NCBI GenBank assembly: GCA_947259275.1
Contig: CAMYMH010000001.1
Location: forward strand, 37,397-101,396
DNA: 64,000 bases
Origin: an uncultured Acidimicrobiaceae bacterium
GTDB taxonomy: Bacteria > Actinomycetota > Acidimicrobiia > Spongiisociales > SHLN01
Direction: 5' to 3'
The stretch's first letter is position 1. Each line of letters begins with the position of its first letter. The notes under the pieces are model-generated. The model did not search any database. It saw only the letters and a list, made by a program, of their open reading frames with translations, and was not told the DNA's origin. Made by a program: the position numbers and the translations under genes. Below are positions 1-9,002 of the stretch, piece by piece.

Positions 1-1288
1 CGGTGAGGCCACCGGGAAAACTCCGTTCGAGCGTTGTGAACGCCTCATACGCCCGCGAGTCCTCGGGCAGCGCAGACACTCCGCCGAAGCCAGTCTCCAG
101 GCTCAGATACCAAACAGCGATACCGCCAAGGAACAGCACCCCCACCGTGAGGAAGGCGACCGAGCGGGCCATGACCGTCCGAGTGACTCGGTCCCACATG
201 CCCCCAACCTTGTCAATGTTGTCGAGGGCATCCCGTCGCCGCACCCGCAACGCGTTGATCTTGTCGCCCAGCAGCGAGAAGACGGCAGGCAGGAGGGTTG
301 TCGAAGCCAACACGGCGAAGATCACGACGACGATCGCCCCCGCCGCCAGGCTGCGAAAGAGCGTGTTGGGCATGATGAACATGCCAAGGAGGGCGAGCAC
401 GACCGTCATCCCGGAGAAGAACACGGCACGTCCGGCGGTCGCCGCCGCTCGAGCGATGGCGTCGAGCTTCTCGTGGCCCCGCACCCGCTCCTCCCGGTAG
501 CGGGCAACGATGAACAGCGAGTAGTCGATACCCACGGCAAGCCCGATCATCGTGATCATGTTCGTAACGAAGAAGCTCAGCTCGAACACCTGACCGATCA
601 AGGCCGTCGTACCGAGCGCGAGGGCGATGGCCGCGATCGCCAGGATGAGCGGCAGGGCGGCGGCGACAGCGGCCCCGATCACGACGAGGAGAACGATGAG
701 CGCAATCCCGGCGCCAAACGTCTCGCCGGTGCGAAGCGTCTCTTCCGCGAGGGAGTTGAACTCGTTGTTGAACGTGCCCTGACCCACCAGCAGCGCCCGC
801 AACCCGTCCGGCGGAGGAACTCCGTCGACCGCGGTCATCAGCTCCTCGGCGTCGGTGGAGAGCTGGCCGATCGTGTCGGCAGCCATACTGACCGAGATCA
901 ACGTCGAGCGTCCATCCTGCGATAGAAGCGTCGGCACCTCCCGGTAGGTGACCACCCGCTCTGGGTTCAGGACCTCGCTGCCGAGGCTGAGCACGGCGCG
1001 CCGCAAGGCGTCCACGTATCCGGCGAAGCCCGGGTCCGCCACCGTGACTGTCTCGGATTCGACGACGATGATCTCCGTGAAAGCAACGGGGCGCAAGCGA
1101 TCTTCGACCAGCTGAGCTGCCCGCTTCGCCTCGGGTTGATCGGTGAAGTCGATATCGGTGGTGAGCGCGTCGCCCAAAAGTGCGGACGACAGCATCACCG
1201 CCACCCCGAGCACGACGATCCAGAGCCCGACGGTCGTCCAGGGACGGCGGCTCGACGCCCTTGCCAACGTCTCGGTGTTGAGCCTCAT
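1..1288 (-). CDS. MmpL/RND-superfamily membrane transporter, 3' end beyond the window. Start ATG at 1288; N-terminus MRLNTETLARASSRRPWTTVGLWIVVLGVAVMLSS
   Basis: Manual reverse-complement translation from the ATG at 1286-1288 gives a typical MMPL N-terminus (TM1, large periplasmic loop, multi-TM block). The provided ORF track shows only wrong-frame ORFs over this span. Confidence 0.7.
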   Translation of the reverse strand, partial: MRLNTETLARASSRRPWTTVGLWIVVLGVAVMLSSALLGDALTTDIDFTDQPEAKRAAQLVEDRLRPVAFTEIIVVESETVTVADPGFAGYVDALRRAVLSLGSEVLNPERVVTYREVPTLLSQDGRSTLISVSMAADTIGQLSTDAEELMTAVDGVPPPDGLRALLVGQGTFNNEFNSLAEETLRTGETFGAGIALIVLLVVIGAAVAAALPLILAIAAIALALGTTALIGQVFELSFFVTNMITMIGLAVGIDYSLFIVARYREERVRGHEKLDAIARAAATAGRAVFFSGMTVVLALLGMFIMPNTLFRSLAAGAIVVVIFAVLASTTLLPAVFSLLGDKINALRVRRRDALDNIDKVGGMWDRVTRTVMARSVAFLTVGVLFLGGIAVWYLSLETGFGGVSALPEDSRAYEAFTTLERSFPGGLT

Positions 1289-1346
1289 CCTCTTCTTCCT
1301 TCCACACCCTACCGACCGTCGCCAGCCAGGCGGAACGACTGCTCGG

Positions 1347-1721
1347 CTAGCGGGTGAGAGCGAGACCAAAGTAGAGGGCGGCGAGAGCAAGATTCCCGGC
1401 CGTGCCTCCCGGACTGGAGAAGAGGGCGACCACCAACGAAAACGCGCCGCCGGCCAACAACGCCTGCGTTACCAGCCCTCCCCGTGAGAAGATCGCGATC
1501 GCAATGGCGGCCTGGAACAAGATAAGCAGGACCGTGAAGACAGTTCCATTCGGGATCACGACCCTGCGGATAAACGACGCGGCGGGCCCAAACCAGGCAC
1601 CGTCGGCGAAGTCACCAAAGAACTGCCTGCTGTGGCGCAAGGTGTACACACCGTTGAAGATGGCACCGGCAGCGAAAACAACCCCCAGAGCGATTTCTGC
1701 GGCCGACCGCGGCACTGTCAA
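1347..1721 (-). CDS. small 4-TM hypothetical membrane protein
   Basis: 124-aa ORF with four hydrophobic stretches, immediately upstream of mmpL on the same strand. It is not MmpS-like, because it has four TM segments instead of one. Confidence 0.4.
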   Translation of the reverse strand: MTVPRSAAEIALGVVFAAGAIFNGVYTLRHSRQFFGDFADGAWFGPAASFIRRVVIPNGTVFTVLLILFQAAIAIAIFSRGGLVTQALLAGGAFSLVVALFSSPGGTAGNLALAALYFGLALTR

Positions 1722-1958
1722 CCCACCAATCCCGTCAGGTATGGAGCTGGATATCCAACATGGAGATTAGGTGTTTGAGGAACGTCATCGAAGGTCAGGT
1801 TCTCTCGAGTGACCTTGACGTACGGTGGTGGCTCATCCGCCACGCATGAGGCAGGCTACTCAGCGGGGGACCGAAGATGCGGGGCTCGTTCTGACTCGAG
1901 AGAGGTGTAGCAGGAGCAGTCTCACTGAGTCTCAGCCAGTCACGGGTAGCGCGCCCCG

Positions 1959-2315
1959 GTGCCGTGGTCTCGATGTTTTCCCGACGTCAACGACCTCGAC
2001 CACGGCTGGCTGTTGGCGGCCCAACCCGGCGACACGTTCTCTGTGAACCTGCCTGCCAACGCCATACACCCGGATGCTCCGTGGCAGGTCGTCGAGTTCG
2101 ACCCTGCCGTGATTGAGTTGCAGTCGGTTGTGCCTGACGCCGTGCGTACGGTCGGCGACTGGGACAACACGGACGATTCGAAGCCCGAGCGTTTCCTTCC
2201 GATCTGGAGGTTCACGTTCGAGGCTGGAGGCGTGGGTGAGTCATCATTGATGCTCGAGCTCCGAGTCGACGGCGTACAAATCAACGTGCACGAACTCACC
2301 GTTGTGGTGGACTGA
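1959..2315 (+). CDS. hypothetical protein (GTG start), possible beta-sandwich chagasin/I42-like protease inhibitor
   Basis: 118-aa ORF. The LPANA..PDAPW and RF..W.F motifs only loosely resemble inhibitor I42. No signal peptide. The in-frame stop at 1947-1949 precludes a longer N-terminus. Confidence 0.3.
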   Translation: MPWSRCFPDVNDLDHGWLLAAQPGDTFSVNLPANAIHPDAPWQVVEFDPAVIELQSVVPDAVRTVGDWDNTDDSKPERFLPIWRFTFEAGGVGESSLMLELRVDGVQINVHELTVVVD

Positions 2316-2586
2316 GCCGGGCGTTTGAGACAGAGGGTCAGCCCAGAGCGACCGAGCGTTGCAGGACGGACGGTTGCCGTGCGAAGGTCGTCGAGGCAAC
2401 ACTGTCGTCTTCGAGAGGACTCTCGGTCCGGGCGAGACCGCACACTGCCGTCCGGTTGCTGCTCGATTCGGAGGGGCTGCGACCGGAACTTAGTTCGCCT
2501 CGGCATCCTGGAGAGACCATCGACACTGGAATCATGGGGCCGGTGAGGCTCCCAAGACCGGCCTCGCGGATGCTGAGGGGGGCCGC

Positions 2587-2859
2587 TCAGGCAATGTCGC
2601 CGTGCGCCCGCTCCATTTCCCGAATCCAGGCGAGGAAGCTCTCGAGGTCTCCCGAGCCTCGAGTCGCGATGTAGGTAAGCGCCCACTCCCTGATTTCGTC
2701 GTCGGTGAAACCGAGCTCACGGAGCGAGGCGGCCGCTTCGTGGGCAAGGAGACGTCCGCCCTCGATCTGAGCAAGCTCCGGCACTAGCTCTTCGACGCCC
2801 GCTTCATGTGGGTGTTCGGGTTTGAGTTCGAATGGCAGGATCCCCTCCTTCCAATCCAT
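2587..2859 (-). CDS. small conserved hypothetical protein
   Basis: 90-aa acidic ORF sitting between the V-ATPase operon end and the upstream region. No recognisable motif. Confidence 0.3.
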   Translation of the reverse strand: MDWKEGILPFELKPEHPHEAGVEELVPELAQIEGGRLLAHEAAASLRELGFTDDEIREWALTYIATRGSGDLESFLAWIREMERAHGDIA

Positions 2860-3058
2860 GGCTTTTCATGCGCTTTGGTTCAAAGGACGTGGGAACCAGT
2901 CCTCTTTCATTCTCGGCCAGCCCGCGACGTTGGACAAGGGCCGAAGGGCCGTACTGCCTGTCGTGGCGGCACGGAAAGAGGTAGCGGCTGACGACCGGCT
3001 CGATGCGGGAACCATCAACACCCTGCCACGTGCGGGATGCGGCATTCGCGACCGGCTC

Positions 3059-3709
3059 CTACCGATCAATGAGCCGAGCACGCGCCTTCTTCGTTTGGAG
3101 CAGCCTCAGACGGACGTGTTCTTCTCGCTCACGCTCGTCGAGGGTGCGCTGGATGAAGCCGATCTCGCCCTCGAGAGATGGCGCCGTCCGTTTTTCCAGG
3201 ATGTTGACCTGACGCGAGGTACGCGCCAGCTCTTCTGCCAGCCGCCGGATCATGATTTCACGCGGCGCCGACTCGAGCAGCAGCTGGGCCATCTCCTCAA
3301 ACTCCGACGCCGCCGTAGCTGCGGACGTCCCGGTGAGATCGGGAGCGGTTCCCCGCGCTCCCAGCGTCCGTCTTGTGGGCAGCGCTGCCACGATCTCAGA
3401 GGTCGGGATTCCCCCGACCTTGTCGGGCCGGATGTCGACGCGGGGATCGCGTACCGGCCATGTCATCGCCCGCAGCCCCGCTTCCCCATGCACGGAGAAG
3501 GCCGGGACGAGGGCATCGTAGGCTGCATGGGATTGTCCGGCGATAACCGCTCGAGCTTCCGCCACCGGCCGGGCGTGGCGGAAGAACTCTGTCACCAGGG
3601 CCTCTCGTTTCCTGCGCAGGAGCTCGGCGGCTTTGCGCACCCGCTCCAAGCGGCGGACGGCCCGCAGCAGGCTGATGCGAGTCTGGGGAACACCACCGAT
3701 GCGTGTCAT
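3059..3709 (-). CDS. atpD: A/V-type ATP synthase subunit D
   Basis: 216 aa. N-terminal region is Arg-rich with a coiled coil. Last gene of the operon. Its start overlaps the atpB stop (ATGA). Confidence 0.88.
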   Translation of the reverse strand: MTRIGGVPQTRISLLRAVRRLERVRKAAELLRRKREALVTEFFRHARPVAEARAVIAGQSHAAYDALVPAFSVHGEAGLRAMTWPVRDPRVDIRPDKVGGIPTSEIVAALPTRRTLGARGTAPDLTGTSAATAASEFEEMAQLLLESAPREIMIRRLAEELARTSRQVNILEKRTAPSLEGEIGFIQRTLDEREREEHVRLRLLQTKKARARLIDR

Positions 3710-5094
3710 CGGGCCTCACCTCGTTGCGCGTCCCGCCGAGTCCACGTCTCGTCGTCGATGCGGATCAGCTCGCTCCGCGGCAGCGTTTCCAACAGCCGCC
3801 ATCCCAGCTCGATGGTCTGGTGCAGGCTGCGCCGCTCCGAGCCCTGGCCCACGAAATCCTCCTCGAATCGATCGGCGAAGGTCAACGCCACCCGATCACC
3901 TTTCCCAAGGCCACTCTCGCCCACGATGGAGGCCATCAAGCGAGCTTCTCTGCCGCGCGCATACACCGCGTAGAGCTCGTCCGCCCAGATCCGGTGCTCG
4001 GGGACCGTTCGATCCCGGCCGATTCCGGCGTTCATGAGTCGGGACAGCGAGGGGAGTAGGTCGATGGGTGGGTTGACTGCCCGGCGGGCCAGCTCACGGC
4101 TGAGGACGATCTGGCCTTCCGTGATGTAGCCGGTCAGGTCGGGAATAGGGTGGGTGATGTCGTCGTCGGGCATGGTAAGGACGGGGAGCAGGGTCACCGA
4201 CCCTTCCAGCTCCCGTAGAATCCCCGCCCGTTCGAAGATGCCGGCGAGGTCGGTGTACATGTAACCCGGGTAGCCGCGGCGACCCGGGATCTCCTCCCGG
4301 GCGGCGCCTATCTCCCGGAGCGCCTCGCAGTAGTGGGTCACGTCGGCCATGATCACAAGCACGTCAAATCCTTGCTTGAACGCCAGGAACTCGGCCTGAG
4401 CCAGAGCCATGCGTGGGACTAACAGCCGTTCGATGGTGGGATCGCGTGCCTCATTGACGTAAACCACGCTCCGTTCGAGGGCCCCACTCTCATCGAAGCG
4501 TCGGAGAAAGGAGTCCGTCTCCCGTGCGGTGATCCCCATGGCGGCGAACACCACGGCGAACCGTTCTCCACGGGGAGCGCGTGCGTGCTCGACGATCTGG
4601 GCGGCGATCTCGAGTCCGGGGAGGCCGGCCCCCGAGAAGATGGGCAGCTTCTGGCCACACACCAGAGTGTTCATACCGTCGATGGCCGACAACCCGGTTT
4701 CGATGAACTCCGCCGGTCGCGACCGGCGGGCCGGGTTCATGGGTGCCCCCCACACCGGCACCATTGCCTCACCCACCGGCGCGGGAAGATCGTCGATGGG
4801 GCGAGCGGCTCCGTCGAGGGCCCGTCCCAGGAGCTCACGGCCGACGGGAGCCGTGGCCACTCTACCGGTCAGGGAGATCTTCACCTGGGCCGGCGGCAGG
4901 CCGTAAGGTTCCTCGAACACCTGGATGACGGTGATCTCTTCCCCTGCGTCGATCACTTGTCCCCGCCAGGTCGTTTCCTTCTCTAGCTCAATGAGCACCC
5001 ACTCGCCCAGAGCGATGCGGTGGGCGCGCTCCAGAAAGATGAGGGGACCGGTGGCGGCTGAGGCCCCGCGGTAGGTTCGACCGACGGCGGTCAC
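3706..5094 (-). CDS. atpB: A/V-type ATP synthase subunit B (regulatory)
   Basis: 462 aa. Conserved B-subunit core (GRVATAPVGRELLGRALDG, GQKLPIFSGAGLPGLEIAAQI). Confidence 0.93.
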   Translation of the reverse strand: MTAVGRTYRGASAATGPLIFLERAHRIALGEWVLIELEKETTWRGQVIDAGEEITVIQVFEEPYGLPPAQVKISLTGRVATAPVGRELLGRALDGAARPIDDLPAPVGEAMVPVWGAPMNPARRSRPAEFIETGLSAIDGMNTLVCGQKLPIFSGAGLPGLEIAAQIVEHARAPRGERFAVVFAAMGITARETDSFLRRFDESGALERSVVYVNEARDPTIERLLVPRMALAQAEFLAFKQGFDVLVIMADVTHYCEALREIGAAREEIPGRRGYPGYMYTDLAGIFERAGILRELEGSVTLLPVLTMPDDDITHPIPDLTGYITEGQIVLSRELARRAVNPPIDLLPSLSRLMNAGIGRDRTVPEHRIWADELYAVYARGREARLMASIVGESGLGKGDRVALTFADRFEEDFVGQGSERRSLHQTIELGWRLLETLPRSELIRIDDETWTRRDAQRGEAR

Positions 5095-6830
5095 GAGCCA
5101 CCTCCCATCCTCTCCAGCGCTGCCTCTGCATCGGCCACCCGGGCGTCGAGGTCCTCGAAGGGAGCATCCCGCACTGAAGCCAGCATCCGGCCCACCCCCT
5201 CCAGGGCTGCCGGGTCCGGTGCCCGGCCCCTTTCGAGGGAGGCGAGGCCGGCCCGGTACGCCCGGTGTGCCAGCGTCGCCAGACGGTACGTCTTCTCAAG
5301 AGGAGAGGCGGCATCATGCTCGGAAAACGCGCTCTGGCTCAGCACGATCTCGCGTACGATGCGGCCGATCTCCAGGATGAAGCGATCGCCCTCTTGGAGC
5401 GCCTCGGGCCCAACGAGACCGGCGATCTCGCGCACGTCGCGTTCCAGCTGAAGGAGCCGGAGGCTTTCGCTCCGGACGGATGGCCAGTCGTCGTGGGTTG
5501 CGTTCGCAAACCACTCCATGAGGCCGGCGGCGTACAAGGAGTAGCTGGCTTCCAAATCGACCGCGGGAAAGTGTCGCTGATGAGCCAGTGTCGGGTCGAG
5601 TGCCCACAGCCCGCCTGCGACTCGGAGCGAGGCCTGGGTGACCGGTTCCGAGAAATCGCCTCCCGGCGGAGACACCGCCCCCACGAACGTGAGCGACCCA
5701 ACCCGTTGGGGGCGCCCGAGCGCCTCCACGCGTCCGGCCCGCTCGTAGAGCTTCCCGAGCCGGTTCCCCAAATAGGTGGGCATGCCCTCTTCGCTCGGCA
5801 TCTCTTGGAGACGGGCCGCTATCTCACGAAGCGCTTCGGCCCATCGCGAGAGACTGTCGGCCACCACCGCCACCCGCCTCCCCTGGTCCCGGTAGTACTC
5901 GGCGATGGTAATGCCCAAGTAGACCGACGCCTCGCGGGCCGCCACCGGCATGTTGGACGTGTTGACAATCAGAACGGTTCGCTCCATGAGCGATCGGCCG
6001 CTGCGGTCGTCCACGAGGTCGGGAAAGTCGGAGAGTAGCTCTGCCATCTCGTTGCCGCGCTCGCCACAGCCGATGAACACGACAACGTCGGCCTCGGCGT
6101 ACTTGGCCAGGGACTGCTCGATCACGGTCTTGCCCGTGCCAAATCCTCCCGGCACGGCGACGGTTCCACCCTCCGCCGCCGGGAAGAGGAAGTCGAACAC
6201 CCGCTGGCCGGTGAGAAAGGGACGGTCGAAGGCGAGCCGTCTTTGAAAAGGCCGAGGTCGTCGAACCGGCCAATCGTGAGCAAGTCGTAGCTTGGTCCCG
6301 TCGTCGAGACTCCCCACCATCTCGCCGACCGTGAAATTACCTGGGCGGATGCTGTCCAATGTCCCTTCGAGGCCGGGCGGCACGAGTATCGGGTGCACGA
6401 AGCCCGGCTGCTCCTCGACGTGCCCGAGGACGTCGCCGCCGGTGAGCCGTTCGCCGGTGCGGGCACCGGGCACGAACTCGAATCGTCTCTCCGGGTCGAG
6501 TGTTTCCGCCGTGATCCCGGGGTGGATGTAATCGCCGGTTCGCGCCGCGGTAGCTGCCAGCGAGCGACCGATACCGTCGAGGACGGAACCGAGCAACCCG
6601 GGTCCGAGATGAGCCGTGAGACCATGTCCGCCGAGGTCCACCGGCTCACCAAGCCGGAGCCCGGCCGTATCCTCGTACACCTGCAGCGTGGCCCGCTCCC
6701 CGGCGACTCGGATCACTTCGGCGAGCAACCGGCGTTCACCCACCCGGGCCAGCTCGAACAACGAGGCGCCTTCGAGAGGCACCGCCTCGACCAGGGCACC
6801 GGACACTCGGACAATCCGCGCCGGACTCAT
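5091..6830 (-). CDS. atpA: A/V-type ATP synthase subunit A (catalytic)
   Basis: 579 aa. Walker A GGFGTGKTV. The N-terminal beta-barrel and non-homologous-insert architecture is typical of A-subunits. ATGA overlap with atpB. Confidence 0.93.
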   Translation of the reverse strand: MSPARIVRVSGALVEAVPLEGASLFELARVGERRLLAEVIRVAGERATLQVYEDTAGLRLGEPVDLGGHGLTAHLGPGLLGSVLDGIGRSLAATAARTGDYIHPGITAETLDPERRFEFVPGARTGERLTGGDVLGHVEEQPGFVHPILVPPGLEGTLDSIRPGNFTVGEMVGSLDDGTKLRLAHDWPVRRPRPFQRRLAFDRPFLTGQRVFDFLFPAAEGGTVAVPGGFGTGKTVIEQSLAKYAEADVVVFIGCGERGNEMAELLSDFPDLVDDRSGRSLMERTVLIVNTSNMPVAAREASVYLGITIAEYYRDQGRRVAVVADSLSRWAEALREIAARLQEMPSEEGMPTYLGNRLGKLYERAGRVEALGRPQRVGSLTFVGAVSPPGGDFSEPVTQASLRVAGGLWALDPTLAHQRHFPAVDLEASYSLYAAGLMEWFANATHDDWPSVRSESLRLLQLERDVREIAGLVGPEALQEGDRFILEIGRIVREIVLSQSAFSEHDAASPLEKTYRLATLAHRAYRAGLASLERGRAPDPAALEGVGRMLASVRDAPFEDLDARVADAEAALERMGGGS

Positions 6831-7156
6831 CGCAGTCTCACCCGGTAGCCGATCGCCTGGCGGAGGATCTCCACGAGGTAGGCCTCCACCTCGGAGACTT
6901 CGCCGGCTGGCTGCGGAGGCGGAAACGGCACCACGATGGGAAGCGCAGTCCGTCCGAACGCCCGTCTTGCGGCACCCGGTAGGGCGTCGTAGAAGTCCTG
7001 CTGGATCAGAATCACGCCTACCTCGGGGTCTTGGGCTAGATCGGCGAGCAGACGCGCCGCCTCCGACGTCGAGCGCGCCTCGGCCACTACGAAGCCAGCC
7101 AGCGCGAATCCCATCCCCACCTCAGGCCGGCACACGATGCGGATGACGCGGCTCAC
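6827..7156 (-). CDS. atpF: A/V-type ATP synthase subunit F
   Basis: 109-aa ORF between C and A. MGFALAGF is an F-subunit-like N-terminus. Confidence 0.78.
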   Translation of the reverse strand: MSRVIRIVCRPEVGMGFALAGFVVAEARSTSEAARLLADLAQDPEVGVILIQQDFYDALPGAARRAFGRTALPIVVPFPPPQPAGEVSEVEAYLVEILRQAIGYRVRLR

Positions 7157-8178
7157 GGCAGACTTACCAGACCCTCGATCAGCCTCGGCCTTGGTCGCTC
7201 CAGTGCCACTCCCCAGATGATGCTTTGGAGATCAACACTCTGGGCACGGAGCCGCAGCAGGAAAGCCAGCAGCTGGTCGGGTGAGAGCGAGGCGCGGCGG
7301 GCACGGTTGAGCTGGACACGTAGTCGGGCCGCCAGGAGTGCATGTTCGACCGGGCGGTCGGGGTGCAATCCGGTGCTTACTATCTCCGCCAGGGGTGTGT
7401 TGCCCACGGCCGCCGTGAGGATTTCGATGGCGGCGGTCGCCTCTCCAGGAGCAGCGGCTGCAAGGAAAGTCTCCCGCGCTAGATGGCGGCCGTGCTCGAC
7501 GAAACATCCGGCCGGGTCGACATCCTCACCCTGGGCAGCGAGCAGCAGAGCAGTATGGACGTTGCCCAGATCGATCGTCTCGGCGACGAACCGCTTCAAT
7601 CTTCGTCCCCCGCCACGAGTCCCCTGCGCTGCTCGGGCGGCGTAGGTGCGGTCCAGCGCCACCTCCAGCATGAACAAGTCGGGAAGGTCTCCCTCGGCCT
7701 CCGCTTGGATCGCTGGGCCGTATGGATTCCCCATGGCTCTGAGCATCGACGAGATCTCAGCGGGAGTCTGAAGCCGCGCCAGTTCCGCCAGGGCCCGCTC
7801 GGGAAGGCTGGAGGTGGGTACCAGGCCGGCCAGCCGGGAGGGGCTGTCCACACCGGCGACGGCGCCCCTCACGAGTGCTCGCAGGCTCCGACGGTCCTCA
7901 TCCTCGAACGCGAAGACCAAGTGGCGGCTCCGGTTCGCGCTCCAATGGGCGAGCACGGTCAGGTGTCCCTGGGATGTCCTGCGAACCGACCGCTCGAGTG
8001 GGCCGGGTTCCCTGATAGACCGGGCGGTGTCTTCAACGTCGAATCCGGCTGCAGCCATTTGCGAAGTCAGCTCCCACAGGTCGGAAACACGGGCCAGTGC
8101 TTCGAGGTGGGAACGGGTCAGCAAGTGCAAGGCGAGCCCCCGGGCCCGTACGCTGACGTCGTCCCAGACAGGCCTCAC
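7153..8178 (-). CDS. atpC: A/V-type ATP synthase subunit C (d-like)
   Basis: The GTG start overlaps the atpE TGA as a GTGA motif at 8175-8178. The N-terminus VRPVWDDVSVRARGLALHLLTRSHLEALA matches the subunit-C 'NARVRAMRSRLL' motif. The ORF-track version (455 aa) is over-extended upstream. Confidence 0.78.
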   Translation of the reverse strand: MRPVWDDVSVRARGLALHLLTRSHLEALARVSDLWELTSQMAAAGFDVEDTARSIREPGPLERSVRRTSQGHLTVLAHWSANRSRHLVFAFEDEDRRSLRALVRGAVAGVDSPSRLAGLVPTSSLPERALAELARLQTPAEISSMLRAMGNPYGPAIQAEAEGDLPDLFMLEVALDRTYAARAAQGTRGGGRRLKRFVAETIDLGNVHTALLLAAQGEDVDPAGCFVEHGRHLARETFLAAAAPGEATAAIEILTAAVGNTPLAEIVSTGLHPDRPVEHALLAARLRVQLNRARRASLSPDQLLAFLLRLRAQSVDLQSIIWGVALERPRPRLIEGLVSLP

Positions 8179-8759
8179 TGCTGGCTCCCCGTACGCGAGG
8201 CGAGCGAGACCGAAATCAGCGGCCACAACCGTTCCAACCGGCCGGTCAGGCTGTTGTCGATTTCCACTCGATGGTCGTTGGTGACGAGCCTGAATCCGGA
8301 ACTGACATTCGGGTCGACCTTGACCTCCAATCCGCCACGTTCTCCAACGAGCTCCCGCAGTTGTGGAGCGAGCGTGGCCGCGCAACGGATGACCGCCCGC
8401 TCGTCTCCCAGGTAGCCGAGTGACTCTTCGAGGTGAGCCGGCATCGCCTTGCGGTAGGCATCGGTCTCCATCGCCTGACCAGTCAGTGGCTCCGTGGCGG
8501 CTCGAATCCGATCTAAACACCGGGCGCGAGCCAACAGCAGCTGACGTCTCGCCTGGCGGCGCCGTTCTCCCAGATCGCGTCCCAGCTGTGATCGAACCTC
8601 TCCAGCCATCCGCGTCTCTTGCTCCGCCCGCCTACGCGCGATCTCCGCTGCCGCCATGTCCCGCACCCGGGCGGCCTCGGTGTGTCCTTGGCGGCGCGCG
8701 GCATCGACCTCGAGCTTGGCCTCATCTTCGATGAGTTGACGCAACCGCTCCCAGGTCAT
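8175..8759 (-). CDS. atpE: A/V-type ATP synthase subunit E
   Basis: 194 aa, coiled-coil N-half. Its position between K and C matches the Thermus-type gene order. Confidence 0.75.
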   Translation of the reverse strand: MTWERLRQLIEDEAKLEVDAARRQGHTEAARVRDMAAAEIARRRAEQETRMAGEVRSQLGRDLGERRRQARRQLLLARARCLDRIRAATEPLTGQAMETDAYRKAMPAHLEESLGYLGDERAVIRCAATLAPQLRELVGERGGLEVKVDPNVSSGFRLVTNDHRVEIDNSLTGRLERLWPLISVSLASRTGSQQ

Positions 8760-8768
8760 CGGAGGCCG

Positions 8769-8990
8769 CTAACCGCCGGGACGCAACATGATGACGATGC
8801 CGATCACGAACCCGAGAACCACCATGGTCTCCGGGATGGCGATCATGAGCACCGCCGTCGCGCTCAACTCCGGCTTCTCAGCCAACGCTGCCGCCATCGC
8901 CGGCCCGATCCGTGACTGGGCCCATGCCGTGCCGAGGGCCGGTATGCCGACGGCGGCCGCCGCCGCGAAGCTGATCCACACATACTCCAT
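8769..8990 (-). CDS. atpK: A/V-type ATP synthase subunit K (proteolipid c)
   Basis: 73-aa two-helix hydrophobic hairpin with the conserved carboxylate (IPETMVV). Confidence 0.8.
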   Translation of the reverse strand: MEYVWISFAAAAAVGIPALGTAWAQSRIGPAMAAALAEKPELSATAVLMIAIPETMVVLGFVIGIVIMLRPGG

Positions 8991-9002
8991 GACACACTCC
9001 TC

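Noticed and set aside
3-500. Long Arg/Ala-rich ORFs antisense or out of frame to real genes. Examples: 3..500+, 213..1307-, 2822..3973+, 7483..8415+, 24552..25250-, 25367..26032-, 25612..26430-, 36875..38707+, 57304..58695+, 54107..55060-.
   Set aside because: These are typical high-GC spurious ORFs. Each overlaps a gene with clear family motifs on the other strand or frame. Their translations are low-complexity R/P/A/G strings with no domain pattern.
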